Below, in pieces: positions 47,603 through 57,369 of a stretch of 64,000 nt of DNA. The position numbers and the translations under genes were made by a program. Where the stretch lies: the NCBI GenBank assembly GCA_903825645.1, contig CAIKBL010000042.1:117289-181288 (forward strand), read 5' to 3'. The DNA is from an uncultured Pseudomonadota bacterium (lineage in GTDB: Bacteria > Pseudomonadota > Gammaproteobacteria > Ga0077536). Within the stretch, counting starts at the first letter, position 1; every line of letters starts with the position of its first letter. Below the pieces are notes generated by a model. The model was given only the letters and a program-made list of their open reading frames with translations. It ran no database searches and was not told the origin of the DNA.

Positions 47603-49278
47603 AGCTGTCCTTTGTCGCGTTCGAGACGCATCGGTGCCAGTGTTTTGGCGACCTCGCGCAGTTTGAATTTCTGAATCTTGCCACTCGGCGTCCGCGGAAA
47701 CTCGGCGATCACCTCGAGTCGCTCCGGCCAGTAGGGTTTGATGAGCCCCGCGCTGTCGAGATAGGCGAGCATGCCCGCGAAATCGAGCGTGGTTCCGGGT
47801 TGCAGGGTCACAAAAGCGCAGCCCCGCTCGCCGAGCCTGTCGTCAGGCATGGCGACAATCGCCGCGTCCTGAATCGCCGGATGACGGTAAAGGAGCTCTT
47901 CGACCTCCACGATCGGAATATTTTCGCCGCCACGGATGATGAGATCTTTCGAGCGGCCCGTGATCCGGATATAGCCATCGGCGTCCATACGGGCGTTGTC
48001 GCCGGTCTCGAGCCAACCGTCGGCATCCACCCCGTACGCCTCAGGTCGTTTCAGATAGCCGACGAAGGTCGTCGCGCAGCGGGCCTGCAACCGTCCCTCG
48101 GTGTCCGGTGGGACGCACACCCCCGCCTCATCCACCACACGAACGGCCTGATGGGGCAAGGCGCGGCCATCGGTGTCAATCACCTTGTCGAGCGGATCCC
48201 CCGGATAAGTGGCCGTCGCGATCCCCATTTCGGTCATCCCCCAAGCGCTCATCACATAGAGATTCGGGTGGCGTTCACGCGCGGCCTGGACCAGCACCCG
48301 GGGAATGGGCGCCCCGGCGCAGAGGAATAGTCGCAGACGGGAGAGATCGTAGCCCGCTATCTCCGGTGCATGAACTAAATCACGCAAAAACGGCGTCGAG
48401 CCCAGCGTCAGCGTACAGCCTTCCGCGGTCATGAGCCGCGCGGCGATCGCGGGCTCCCAGATATCCTGCAGCACACACTTGACCCCGTGATACATCGCCA
48501 GCACGGCGGCGTACATGAAGCCCGTCTGATGGGCGAGCGGCGAGCCCATGAAGATCACATCCTCGGCGGTAAAGCCGAACAGCGTCGTCGCAAGTTTGGC
48601 CTTGCACAGCAGCGTGTTGGCCGTGTGCATGACGCCCTTGGGCTCCCCGGTGGTCCCCGAGGTATACATGATCTCAGTGACCTCATCGGGGGTCGGTCGG
48701 CGGGCCGCGAAAAGCGCCGGCACATCGGTTTCGGTTTCCCACGCGCGGTCCAAAACACGACTTTCGAAGGCGCTCGCCGGATCGACTCCCCCCACCACCA
48801 GGATTTCGCGGAGCGCCGGCAAGCGGCTTTGCAGCTCGGCCGCCATCGGCGGGTAGGCGAAACCCCGAAACTCACGGGGCACGATGAGTACCCGCGCCTC
48901 GGCGAGTCCCAGCATGAACTCGAGCTCGCGTGCCCTAAAAATCGGCATCAACGGATTGATGACCGCACCAAGCCGCACACAGGCCGCGTGCAGGGCGGCA
49001 TAGTGCCACCAGTTGGGCAACTGGACGGCGACGACATCTCCGCGTTCCACCCCTAATGCCGCAAGGGCGCAGGCAATGCGAATGGAATGCGCCTGCAACT
49101 CGCGGTAGGTGAGGACGTTGCGCGAACCGTCCATGCTGTTGTGGTCGACGATCGCGACGGCGTCGGGCGTCGACGCCGCCACCGCATCCAGACAATCGAT
49201 GATCAGACGGTCCTGCCATAGGCCCTGGGCGGTCAACTCGGTCCGCCGGGCGGGCGTAATCAGGGGATCAAAATTCAT
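47599..49278 (-). CDS. acyl-CoA ligase, cyclohexanecarboxylate-CoA ligase (AliA)-like
   Basis: MYTSGTTGEPKGVMH, SPLAHQTGFMY, SAWGMTE, TGD, GRSKDLIIRGGENI, SGKIQKF. Confidence 0.88.
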   Translation of the reverse strand: MNFDPLITPARRTELTAQGLWQDRLIIDCLDAVAASTPDAVAIVDHNSMDGSRNVLTYRELQAHSIRIACALAALGVERGDVVAVQLPNWWHYAALHAACVRLGAVINPLMPIFRARELEFMLGLAEARVLIVPREFRGFAYPPMAAELQSRLPALREILVVGGVDPASAFESRVLDRAWETETDVPALFAARRPTPDEVTEIMYTSGTTGEPKGVMHTANTLLCKAKLATTLFGFTAEDVIFMGSPLAHQTGFMYAAVLAMYHGVKCVLQDIWEPAIAARLMTAEGCTLTLGSTPFLRDLVHAPEIAGYDLSRLRLFLCAGAPIPRVLVQAARERHPNLYVMSAWGMTEMGIATATYPGDPLDKVIDTDGRALPHQAVRVVDEAGVCVPPDTEGRLQARCATTFVGYLKRPEAYGVDADGWLETGDNARMDADGYIRITGRSKDLIIRGGENIPIVEVEELLYRHPAIQDAAIVAMPDDRLGERGCAFVTLQPGTTLDFAGMLAYLDSAGLIKPYWPERLEVIAEFPRTPSGKIQKFKLREVAKTLAPMRLERDKGQL

Positions 49279-49336
49279 AGACGCTCACGTTGTCAGCTGC
49301 GGGCATTGAAACGACCATCATTGGGGTCGCGCGCGG

Positions 49337-50287
49337 TCAAGCGGTGCCGGACCGCGCTTCGCGTTGTCGCCTTGCCCAGCGGTGGACCGGCCACATGTCC
49401 TGATCTTCCCCCCAAGCCACGACACCCCCGCCGAGATCCCAGCGGATGAGACTATTGATGTCGATGAAAGTATGGCGGTTCAGGATGATTCGACTGACTG
49501 GCACGCCGATCGCGTGAAGCCGGCGACCCTCGGCGTCTTGGGCCGTCAACGTGATCCGAGTGATCCAGCCCTCGGTCGGATCCCGCTCGACCACTCGCTC
49601 ACCGCCGACGAGCGATACCGTCAGACTGTCCTGTCGCAGGAAGCCGTAGGAAACGGCATCCTGCTCCGGTTTGCCCTGGGTCACGGCCAGAAAGCCCGTT
49701 GCCGCATCAGCAGCACCGGTGATATAAGCCGCCTGACGCGGGCGATCCTCCGGGCGCCGTCCCCAAGTCCGATCGCGCATACCGATGCAGTCGATGGCAA
49801 TGCGCTCGCCGTGCAGCACCAGCGTGCCGGTCACGCGACCGAATTGGTCAAAGTGATGGGCACTGCCGAAAGTCGACCCGACGGCGGTCAGCGGCTCCGG
49901 CGGCATGACCCCTTCGAAGGTAAGATTAGCCTGGAGGCGATCGCCATCCGCGTAGCCCAGGGCATAGCGGTGGCAAGGCTCCAGTACCCGAATGGACACC
50001 CCGTTGGGCAACGTGCAATCGGCAAGATCGAGCGCACGCGAGAGTTGCTGCGCCGAATAATTCGCGGAATAAAGCGCTTCCCACGGCAGATGGGCCTGGT
50101 GGTCCCAGATCCAGACACCGCCGGCGACGGTGCCGATATTGGGACGCACCATCGTATAGAACCAGCCTCCCAGTCGGCGCTCGGGATGGTGGAAAGAAAA
50201 CCATGACGTCTCCGTCGCCCACCAGTCCTCGCCCATTTCGGCGAAATGAAAGTGATCGTCCCGCGCGGTAAATAACTGCGCGCTCAT
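49337..50287 (-). CDS. uncharacterised aromatic-rich beta protein (WxETxWFxF / RDRTWG motifs)
   Basis: 316-aa ORF overlapping the upstream stop (ATGA); WWATETSWFSF, HFDQFGRVTGTL, GMRDRTWG. Confidence 0.7.
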   Translation of the reverse strand: MSAQLFTARDDHFHFAEMGEDWWATETSWFSFHHPERRLGGWFYTMVRPNIGTVAGGVWIWDHQAHLPWEALYSANYSAQQLSRALDLADCTLPNGVSIRVLEPCHRYALGYADGDRLQANLTFEGVMPPEPLTAVGSTFGSAHHFDQFGRVTGTLVLHGERIAIDCIGMRDRTWGRRPEDRPRQAAYITGAADAATGFLAVTQGKPEQDAVSYGFLRQDSLTVSLVGGERVVERDPTEGWITRITLTAQDAEGRRLHAIGVPVSRIILNRHTFIDINSLIRWDLGGGVVAWGEDQDMWPVHRWARRQREARSGTA

Positions 50288-51231
50288 CGCTGCGCCGCCA
50301 GTGGCAGGCCCGGAACGGGGCTGCGCACATGAACCACATAGTCACTCACCACACTGCCGATGTAGAGATCGCGCATATCCGGGCCACCCCAGCTGACATT
50401 GGTTGGACTGCGCATCAGCACGCCATCGGGATCACTCAGCATCGTCACCACCGTGCCGGCGGGCGTGATCGCGACCACCTTGTTCGACATCACCAGCGTC
50501 ACCCAGAGATTCCCGTCCTGGTCGAACCCACAGCCGTCGGTGGCGCCCAGTTCGCTTCGCAGCGCCGGCGTCAGCGGGCGGCGATCTTGGACCTCATGGT
50601 GCGACAGGCCAAGTTGTGGTCCGTAACGCTCGGGCGCGCCCAGACTGCCATCCGCCAGAATCGGTAACCGCACCACATCGCAAGCCGACGTCTGGCACAC
50701 GAAAAGGTTTTTCTCTGCGGCGTCGAAGGCTATCCCGTTGGCGAATTTTAGGCCTTCGGCGAGCACCGTGGCTTGGCCATCGCCGTCATACCGAAAGATG
50801 CTGCCGTCATCGAGCCCATCGAAGGCGGCGCTGACGGGGCCGAAGGTCGAATGTGAGCACCACACGCGCCCGCGCGAATCGACAAGCGGATAATTCGCGC
50901 CGAAAAGCGCGCGACCGTTAAGCGCAGCGCAGAGCGTCGTGACTTCCCCGGTGCGGGGATCAAGACGTTGCAGGGGACCGACACCGTCTTCCGGTCCACC
51001 GAAGTTCGCGATAAGCACCCGTCCCTCGAGATCGAGATTGATGCCGTTGGGGGCACCCCCGGCGCGGCCGACACGATCGATACCGCCATCGGGTCGTACT
51101 CGGGCGCAAGCGCTGGCCTGGTCGGAAATCCAGACCGTGCCATCCCGCGCGACGGCCACATCTTCCGGCCGTTTGACCCCGACGCCGACCTTACGGCAAT
51201 CGGTAAGCCTGAGCGTTTTGAGTAGGCTCAC
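50284..51231 (-). CDS. SMP-30/gluconolactonase family protein
   Basis: PEDV, GAPNGI, FANGIAF, DGCGFDQDGNLWV, PTNVSWGGPDMRDLYI beta-propeller motifs. Confidence 0.9.
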   Translation of the reverse strand: MSLLKTLRLTDCRKVGVGVKRPEDVAVARDGTVWISDQASACARVRPDGGIDRVGRAGGAPNGINLDLEGRVLIANFGGPEDGVGPLQRLDPRTGEVTTLCAALNGRALFGANYPLVDSRGRVWCSHSTFGPVSAAFDGLDDGSIFRYDGDGQATVLAEGLKFANGIAFDAAEKNLFVCQTSACDVVRLPILADGSLGAPERYGPQLGLSHHEVQDRRPLTPALRSELGATDGCGFDQDGNLWVTLVMSNKVVAITPAGTVVTMLSDPDGVLMRSPTNVSWGGPDMRDLYIGSVVSDYVVHVRSPVPGLPLAAQR

Positions 51232-51261
51232 ACGGGGCTCCTTAGGGTTCGTGTCCGGGTT

Positions 51262-52017
51262 TTAGGGGTAATGGGGGGTGCGTTTCTCGCGGAACGCCGC
51301 CACACCCTCGGCAAAATCAGCCCCGGCCCGCACACGATCGCCCTGTGCCTGTTCGGCCGCCTCACGCGCCAGGGTGGCGAGCGCGACGCCCTCGCTGACA
51401 TGCTGTTTGACAGCCTGCACGGCGACCGGGCTGTTGGCCGCGATGACGGTCGCCAAATCGATCGCCCGTTGGAGCAAGCTATCCGCCGGGACTATCTCGT
51501 TGATGAGTCCAATGCGCAGCGCTTCGTTAGCGTCAATCATCTCAGCGGACAGGATGAGTCGCATCGCGTGCACATAATTAATCTGGCTGAAGAGCTTGGC
51601 AGTTGCCCCGCCGAAGGGGTAAATACCCCACTTGACTTCGGGCAACCCAAAGCGCGCGTGCGGCGCTGCAAACCGGATATCGGAGGCCAGCATGAGCTCT
51701 ACCCCGCCGCCCGCACACACGCCATTAATGGCGGTGATGATGGGTTTCGGATAAGCCGAGGTCTTCAGCAACGAGCGGTTGACCATGCGCGCGGTCTCCT
51801 CGCTGGCGCTCAAATCGCCGCTAATATCGGCCCCCGCGTTGAACGCCTTGTCACCGGCACCGGTTAACACGATGCAGCGACAGCTGGAGGTTTCAAGCTG
51901 ATCCCACAGCCCACAGAGCTCGGCCATCATCGCCCTGCTCATGGCGTTGCGTTTGGCCGGATTGTCGATGGTGAGCAGGGCGACGTGTGGGTGCGGAAAG
52001 TCGATCAGGATCGGCAT
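51262..52017 (-). CDS. enoyl-CoA hydratase/isomerase family protein
   Basis: KRNAMS, AFNAGADI, KPIITAING, GGGVELMLASD, FGLPEVKWG (both catalytic Glu present). Confidence 0.93.
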   Translation of the reverse strand: MPILIDFPHPHVALLTIDNPAKRNAMSRAMMAELCGLWDQLETSSCRCIVLTGAGDKAFNAGADISGDLSASEETARMVNRSLLKTSAYPKPIITAINGVCAGGGVELMLASDIRFAAPHARFGLPEVKWGIYPFGGATAKLFSQINYVHAMRLILSAEMIDANEALRIGLINEIVPADSLLQRAIDLATVIAANSPVAVQAVKQHVSEGVALATLAREAAEQAQGDRVRAGADFAEGVAAFREKRTPHYP

Positions 52018-52156
52018 ACTCGAATTCCTCAAAAGATGGGTCCAATCAGGACCGCGGCTGTCATTGCTGTGCGCCCGCCCCAGCCTGCTGGCGGGGGCGT
52101 CGAACCGGACGCGCAGTTTACACGCAAGTCCGGGCGCTGTTCGAACCTCGACCGGC

Positions 52157-53335
52157 TTAGCCGATCGCGCCTGCCTGGGTCAACGCGGCGATGTCCTGTG
52201 CCGTCCCGCCAATCGACTCCAGCACCTCGACGGTATGTTCGCCCAAGGCCGGCGAAGGTCGCCGGACCGTGCACGGCTCGCCGGCAAAAATGGCGGGCGC
52301 CCGTGCCTGGCGCATGCGGCCACCTTGCGGGTGATCGTATTCGATGATGCTGTCGCGATGACGCACGCGCGGATCCGTACAGACTTCATCCAGCGAATTC
52401 GCTTTGGCACACGGCACATCTTCCTCCAGGAGACGGGCGATGAGTGCATCACTCCCGAGATGCCGAGCCGCCTGCTCAAAGGCCGCGTGCATATCCGAGT
52501 AATTGGCAAAGCGATCTGAAAGGGACTTGAAGCGCGGATCGCCCAACAGAGACTCCAGGCCGAGGGCCCGACAGGCGCCGGCGAACTCCCCGTCACCGAC
52601 GATGATGATCATGATGAACCCATCGGCCGTGCGAAGCAGTCGATAGAACTCAGCGATCGTCGGCTTATTGGTCACCCCTTCGGTCCCGACAAAGCCATGG
52701 TTCCAGAACACTTCGGGCCAGAGGAAGGCAAGACTGGCATCCAGCATGGAGAGTTCAACATGATGTCCGCCCGCCCCACGGGTACGGGCGAACAGCGCGG
52801 CGGTGATCGCCTGCGCCGCGGTGAGCGCCGCGACCTTGTCGCTGGCGATGGTTTTCATCAGCGCCGGATCACCACCCGTGCCCTGGGCCGCCGCAAATCC
52901 TGCGACACATTGAATAACGGGATCGTAGACCCGTTGTCGGGCCCCGGGGCCGGTAGCGCCGAACCCGGAAATCGAGACATAGATGAGATTGGGGTTCACC
53001 TGGTGCAGCGCCTCATACCCGTAACCCGCCCGTTCAAGCGCACCGGGCCGAGAATTCTGTACAAACACATCCGCCGATTCGATCAGCCGGTAAATCCAAG
53101 GGCGTACCGCGGCGCTCTTCAGATCGACCGCCATCGAGCGCTTGTTCCGGTTCATGTAGGCACTGTAGGACGAGACCCCACCGCGGGTACCGCCGACATG
53201 CCGGGACGGATCGCCCGAACCTATCGGCTCCAAGCGAATCACGTCCGCCCCTTGATCGGCGAGCATGCCGACCGCCATGGGTCCCGAGGCATTGCTCGTC
53301 GCGTCGATGATCCGGATCCCCGTTAATGGCTCCAT
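52157..53335 (-). CDS. CaiB/BaiF family (class III) CoA-transferase
   Basis: PLTGIRIID, LADQGADVIRLE, NRNKRS, ISGFG, catalytic D in IASDK, LGEHT. Confidence 0.93.
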   Translation of the reverse strand: MEPLTGIRIIDATSNASGPMAVGMLADQGADVIRLEPIGSGDPSRHVGGTRGGVSSYSAYMNRNKRSMAVDLKSAAVRPWIYRLIESADVFVQNSRPGALERAGYGYEALHQVNPNLIYVSISGFGATGPGARQRVYDPVIQCVAGFAAAQGTGGDPALMKTIASDKVAALTAAQAITAALFARTRGAGGHHVELSMLDASLAFLWPEVFWNHGFVGTEGVTNKPTIAEFYRLLRTADGFIMIIIVGDGEFAGACRALGLESLLGDPRFKSLSDRFANYSDMHAAFEQAARHLGSDALIARLLEEDVPCAKANSLDEVCTDPRVRHRDSIIEYDHPQGGRMRQARAPAIFAGEPCTVRRPSPALGEHTVEVLESIGGTAQDIAALTQAGAIG

Positions 53336-53444
53336 GCTGACCTCTTTTCAGATGTGTAGACGGGGCTGCAGAATCGCGCCCCTTGCAATTGAACAGCACA
53401 TTAACCGCGCCTCCGCCGGAAGGCTAGCCACCGGCGGCGCTGAC

Positions 53445-54539
53445 TCAGGCGGCTTTCGCAATCTGCTGATTGATACGCGGCATGACTTCTTCGGCCATGA
53501 GACGCATCGAGTGGCGCATCGCGGTCCGGTCCTGCCAATCATGGGCCGCGTAGAGGAGCGTCCCGAAATCGCCGACCCGATCGCGCAGGCCTAAAAGCTT
53601 GGCGGCCACCGTCTCGGGACTGCCGTAAATGACGCACGCGTCGCGAATCTGCTGGTGATCCAGCTGCCTCGGATCATCGCCTTCCCGGGCGACGAAAGGG
53701 GCACGGTAATTCGTACGATCGAAAATCTTGAACAGATAATCGAAATAGTAGTCGTACGCGCCGCCCGGCGCCCGCACAAACGCTTCGGCTTGCGCGTCGG
53801 TGTCCGCCACGAAAATGCTGCGGGCGACATGCCAATCCGCGGACTTCGGTGTGTAGCCGGTACTCGCGGCGCCCGCGAGGTAGGTAGGCCAATGCGTCTT
53901 CAGGACCCACTCGGCAATAAAATTCGCGGAGACCGGCATATAGCCGTGTGCGCCCGCATAGCGGATGGAACCCGAGGATGGACTCATCGCCGACATGGCA
54001 ATCGGCGGATGCGGCTGCTGAAGCGGCTTCGGCACATACCCCATCTTGATGTCATGGTGGGTCCATTGGGTCATGTCGCTCGACCAGTACTTGCCCTTGA
54101 GCTGATACGGGGGATCCGTGGTCCAAAGCGCCAAGATTTGCTGCAGGGACTCCTCGACCATTTCGGTGCGGTTCTGACCCATCACGCCGAAGAGCTCGAA
54201 ATCCGAAGGCAGACCGCCCGGGCCCACACCCATGATGAAACGCCCCTGGCTGAGGTGGTCAAACATCGCCGCCTGGCCGGCGATCACGGCAGGATGGTAT
54301 TGCGGCAGACACATCACCCCGGTCGCAAATTTGATTTGCTTGGTCCGTGCGATGAGATTCGCGTGGAACAGGAGCGGGGAGGTGATTTGCTCGACCGCTG
54401 CCGAGTAATGTTCGCCCACCCAGGCTTCGGTAAAGCCTAATTCATCGGCGTACACCACCGCCTCGACATCGTCCTGCAGCGTCTGGTGATAGGCGCTGTC
54501 TGCGTGATGCAGCGGCATCATGAAATACCCTAAGTGCAT
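53445..54539 (-). CDS. LLM-class flavin-dependent monooxygenase
   Basis: LGYFMMPLH, GFTEAWVGEH, GVGPGGLPSD, PKPLQQPHPPI, MAEEVMP. Confidence 0.9.
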   Translation of the reverse strand: MHLGYFMMPLHHADSAYHQTLQDDVEAVVYADELGFTEAWVGEHYSAAVEQITSPLLFHANLIARTKQIKFATGVMCLPQYHPAVIAGQAAMFDHLSQGRFIMGVGPGGLPSDFELFGVMGQNRTEMVEESLQQILALWTTDPPYQLKGKYWSSDMTQWTHHDIKMGYVPKPLQQPHPPIAMSAMSPSSGSIRYAGAHGYMPVSANFIAEWVLKTHWPTYLAGAASTGYTPKSADWHVARSIFVADTDAQAEAFVRAPGGAYDYYFDYLFKIFDRTNYRAPFVAREGDDPRQLDHQQIRDACVIYGSPETVAAKLLGLRDRVGDFGTLLYAAHDWQDRTAMRHSMRLMAEEVMPRINQQIAKAA

Positions 54540-54596
54540 AAAGATCCTCCGCGCACGACCTCGTGCCTGATTGATGAAAAGTCCCGCTCCCCGGCC

Positions 54597-55289
54597 TCAG
54601 ACATGGAACGACGCCCACGCCTCCAGCGGTGCGCGCTCGGTACGCAAGCTGTTTTCGACGGCCGCCGAATCCTCGTAGCCGAGGGAAAGCCCGCACAGTA
54701 CCTGCTCGTTATCCGGCAATTGCAGACTCGCTGCAATCACCCGTTGAAACTGGGCAAAGGCAAACTGCGGGCAGGTGTGCAACCCGCGCGCACGCGCCGC
54801 CGTCATGAGATTACCCATAAAAAGACCGTAGTCCACCCAGGCGGCATAACCGAAACTGCGATCGACGGTAAAAATCATGCCGACCGGGGCATCAAAAAAC
54901 TGGAAATTGCGCGCGTGCTGCGCGTGCGTCCGGGCGTGCTCACCCTTGCCGATCCCCAACAGGCCGTAGAGATCCCAACCGACCTTGCGACGCCGGTCAA
55001 GGTAGGGCGACACCCATGCCGAGGGATAAATCGAAAATTCGCTTTGATGTTGGGGCAGCGCCTCAGGATCGTTGAAGACCTGAAGGATGGCGCTGGAGAG
55101 GCGCGTCTTGGCCGCCCCTGTCACCACGTGTACCAGCCAGGGCTGGGTATTGGTGCCCGACGCCGCACGGGCCGCCACCCTCAGTAATTCCTCGACCGTC
55201 GCCTGCGGCACGGGGGTCGGCAGGAAGGCGCGCACCGAGCGCCGGGAAATGATGGCCTCATCAACCGGATTGGGGGCAGCAGCGTCCAT
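54597..55289 (-). CDS. nitroreductase family protein
   Basis: SRRSVRAFL, ASGTNTQPW, FFDAPV, ARGLHTCPQ, LGYED; ATG at 55289. Confidence 0.92.
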   Translation of the reverse strand: MDAAAPNPVDEAIISRRSVRAFLPTPVPQATVEELLRVAARAASGTNTQPWLVHVVTGAAKTRLSSAILQVFNDPEALPQHQSEFSIYPSAWVSPYLDRRRKVGWDLYGLLGIGKGEHARTHAQHARNFQFFDAPVGMIFTVDRSFGYAAWVDYGLFMGNLMTAARARGLHTCPQFAFAQFQRVIAASLQLPDNEQVLCGLSLGYEDSAAVENSLRTERAPLEAWASFHV

Positions 55290-55536
55290 GCAGTCTCTCT
55301 CAAGGCAAGGGTCAAAGGGCGGTATTGTAGTCACAATCCACCCCGCCGAGCGCCACACAACGCGTTGTCGCATTGACACTTGGTCGCGAGTGAAGAATTA
55401 TCCGACACCGCCTGCCCAAATCAATCCTGGTGCGAGGAGACGTCCACGCCGAGGCGACTCGGCGGTGGAGGTGCGCAGCGGACAGCCCGTTCAATGAAAA
55501 GCCCGAGCATTCGGGCATTCTGGTGGGAGACTGGGG

Positions 55537-56127
55537 ATGTTCTTCAAGGTCTATGACGATCTCGTACCCGAGTGGCTGCAAGCGCATTACCAGTTATCGA
55601 TACTGGGCCGATCCGATGGTCATGCCCTGCACCCCACCGTTGATTTTCGCTGCAAGTACGAGGACACCGCGTTGGATAGCCGTGGAGAGCCCCCCATGTC
55701 TTTCTATCACGTGCTGAAATCCAGCGCGGCCAACTCGGTGCATTTCGATAGTTTTTATGAAATCCCGCGCTTGTTCTGCCGCGCCGAGAACCTCGTGCTG
55801 CAAGAGCTCCTGGCCGCGCGCATTTACTTGATCATGCCGTACGCGACGGAATTGCGTCACTATGCGCCGCATATCGACTTTCCGGTACCGCACACGGTGC
55901 TGCTCTACTATGTCAATGACGCGGATGGCAACACTGTGTTTTTCAACAAGAAAAAAGAAGTCGTCGAGGAAGTCCAGCCGAAAAAAGGCCGACTGCTCGC
56001 CTTCGACGGGACGGTCTACCATGGTGGGGGGATCCCCCGGACGGGTCCGCGCTGCGTGGTCAACTACAACCTCATCTGCCATGCCCGGCCACCGCCTGGC
56101 CAGGCCCCGAATCCCGCCGCCCGGTAG
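55537..56127 (+). CDS. 2OG-Fe(II) oxygenase superfamily protein
   Basis: PHID (HxD), LLYYVNDADGNTVFF, PKKGRLLAFDG, YH, RCVVNYN. Confidence 0.7.
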   Translation: MFFKVYDDLVPEWLQAHYQLSILGRSDGHALHPTVDFRCKYEDTALDSRGEPPMSFYHVLKSSAANSVHFDSFYEIPRLFCRAENLVLQELLAARIYLIMPYATELRHYAPHIDFPVPHTVLLYYVNDADGNTVFFNKKKEVVEEVQPKKGRLLAFDGTVYHGGGIPRTGPRCVVNYNLICHARPPPGQAPNPAAR

Positions 56128-56277
56128 TGCCTTGCGCGGCGGAGGGCATAGCTACCCGGGTCATGCCCCAAATGCACTACCCCAATCGGGGATGCCGCCG
56201 CTCTCGCCGTGTTGCTAGTGTCGGACGCTGATGGTTGCCGAAGAGCGATCACACAGAGCCCCCGAAGAGTGACAACA

Positions 56278-57249
56278 ATGACAGCAGGCACCACCACGCC
56301 CGAAGGTCGGCTGCGCTACGGTCTCCAACAGGGAGATCCCGTGTGGCTGGCCTTTTCCCGCGTTGGCGGCCGACATCTCGGCGCCATCGCGGCCCTTATT
56401 CTAGTCCCGGCCAGCGGCCCGCTCGTGACATTGCTGCTGGTCAGTTACCTCCTGCGGATCTGGGCGATGGAAGCGGTGTATCACCGTTATTTCTCGCACG
56501 CCGCCTATCGGGCCGGCCGCCTCACCCAGTTTTTGCTGGCACTATGGGGCACACAATGCGGTCAGCGCGGCCCGCTGTGGTGGGCTGCCACCCATCGTGC
56601 CCACCACCGTTTTGCGGATCTGCCGGCAGATCCGCATTCACCCCGCGCAAAAGGTTTCCTGCACGCCCATGCGCGCTGGCTGACCGACGGGCGTTGGCTC
56701 TCCACGGATCTCGACGTCGTTGCCGACTACGCCCGTTTCCCGGAATTACGCTGGCTGAACAAGTACTACTACGTGCCACTTTATCTCGCCGTCCCCGCAC
56801 TCTATGGCATCGGACAGGCTGGTTGGTTGGGACCACACATCTCGGGGCTTGCGGCCGTTTTATGGGGCGGGTTCCTGCCGACTACACTCGCGCTCCACAT
56901 GACTTCATTCGTCAACTCACTGGGGCACCTACCGAGTTTCCCGGGTGGCTATCGCCGTTATCCGACCCTCCGGGATGATTCCATGAACCGACCGATCTTG
57001 GGCCTCGTCACCCTCGGCGCGGGCTGGCACAACAACCACCACCGTTACAGCGCAGCCGCCCGCACGGGGTTCGCCTGGTACGAAATCGATGGGGTGTATT
57101 GGTCTCTTCGTGCGCTGCAGGCGGCCGGCGTCATTTACGGGCTGAAAGGCGTAATCCCAGACGCCATTCTCCGCGAGGGCGGACTTGTATCCACCAAGCA
57201 GGCCACGCGGCTGCATGCAAAACCGGGCGCATCAGCCGAAACAGGTTAG
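56278..57249 (+). CDS. membrane fatty-acid (acyl-CoA, delta-9 type) desaturase
   Basis: Three His boxes HRYFSH, HRAHH, HNNHH; also DPHSP and VNSLGH. Confidence 0.9.
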   Translation: MTAGTTTPEGRLRYGLQQGDPVWLAFSRVGGRHLGAIAALILVPASGPLVTLLLVSYLLRIWAMEAVYHRYFSHAAYRAGRLTQFLLALWGTQCGQRGPLWWAATHRAHHRFADLPADPHSPRAKGFLHAHARWLTDGRWLSTDLDVVADYARFPELRWLNKYYYVPLYLAVPALYGIGQAGWLGPHISGLAAVLWGGFLPTTLALHMTSFVNSLGHLPSFPGGYRRYPTLRDDSMNRPILGLVTLGAGWHNNHHRYSAAARTGFAWYEIDGVYWSLRALQAAGVIYGLKGVIPDAILREGGLVSTKQATRLHAKPGASAETG

Positions 57250-57369
57250 ACGGCAGACACCCGGCACCCGGGCTATCAAAACTCGGAGAGGGAAGAAGAA
57301 CTCTCCATCACAGCGCCGGCTATAATCGCTTTTCGCAAAAAGTGGCACCCAGCCTGTGCAGCGCGTCGT

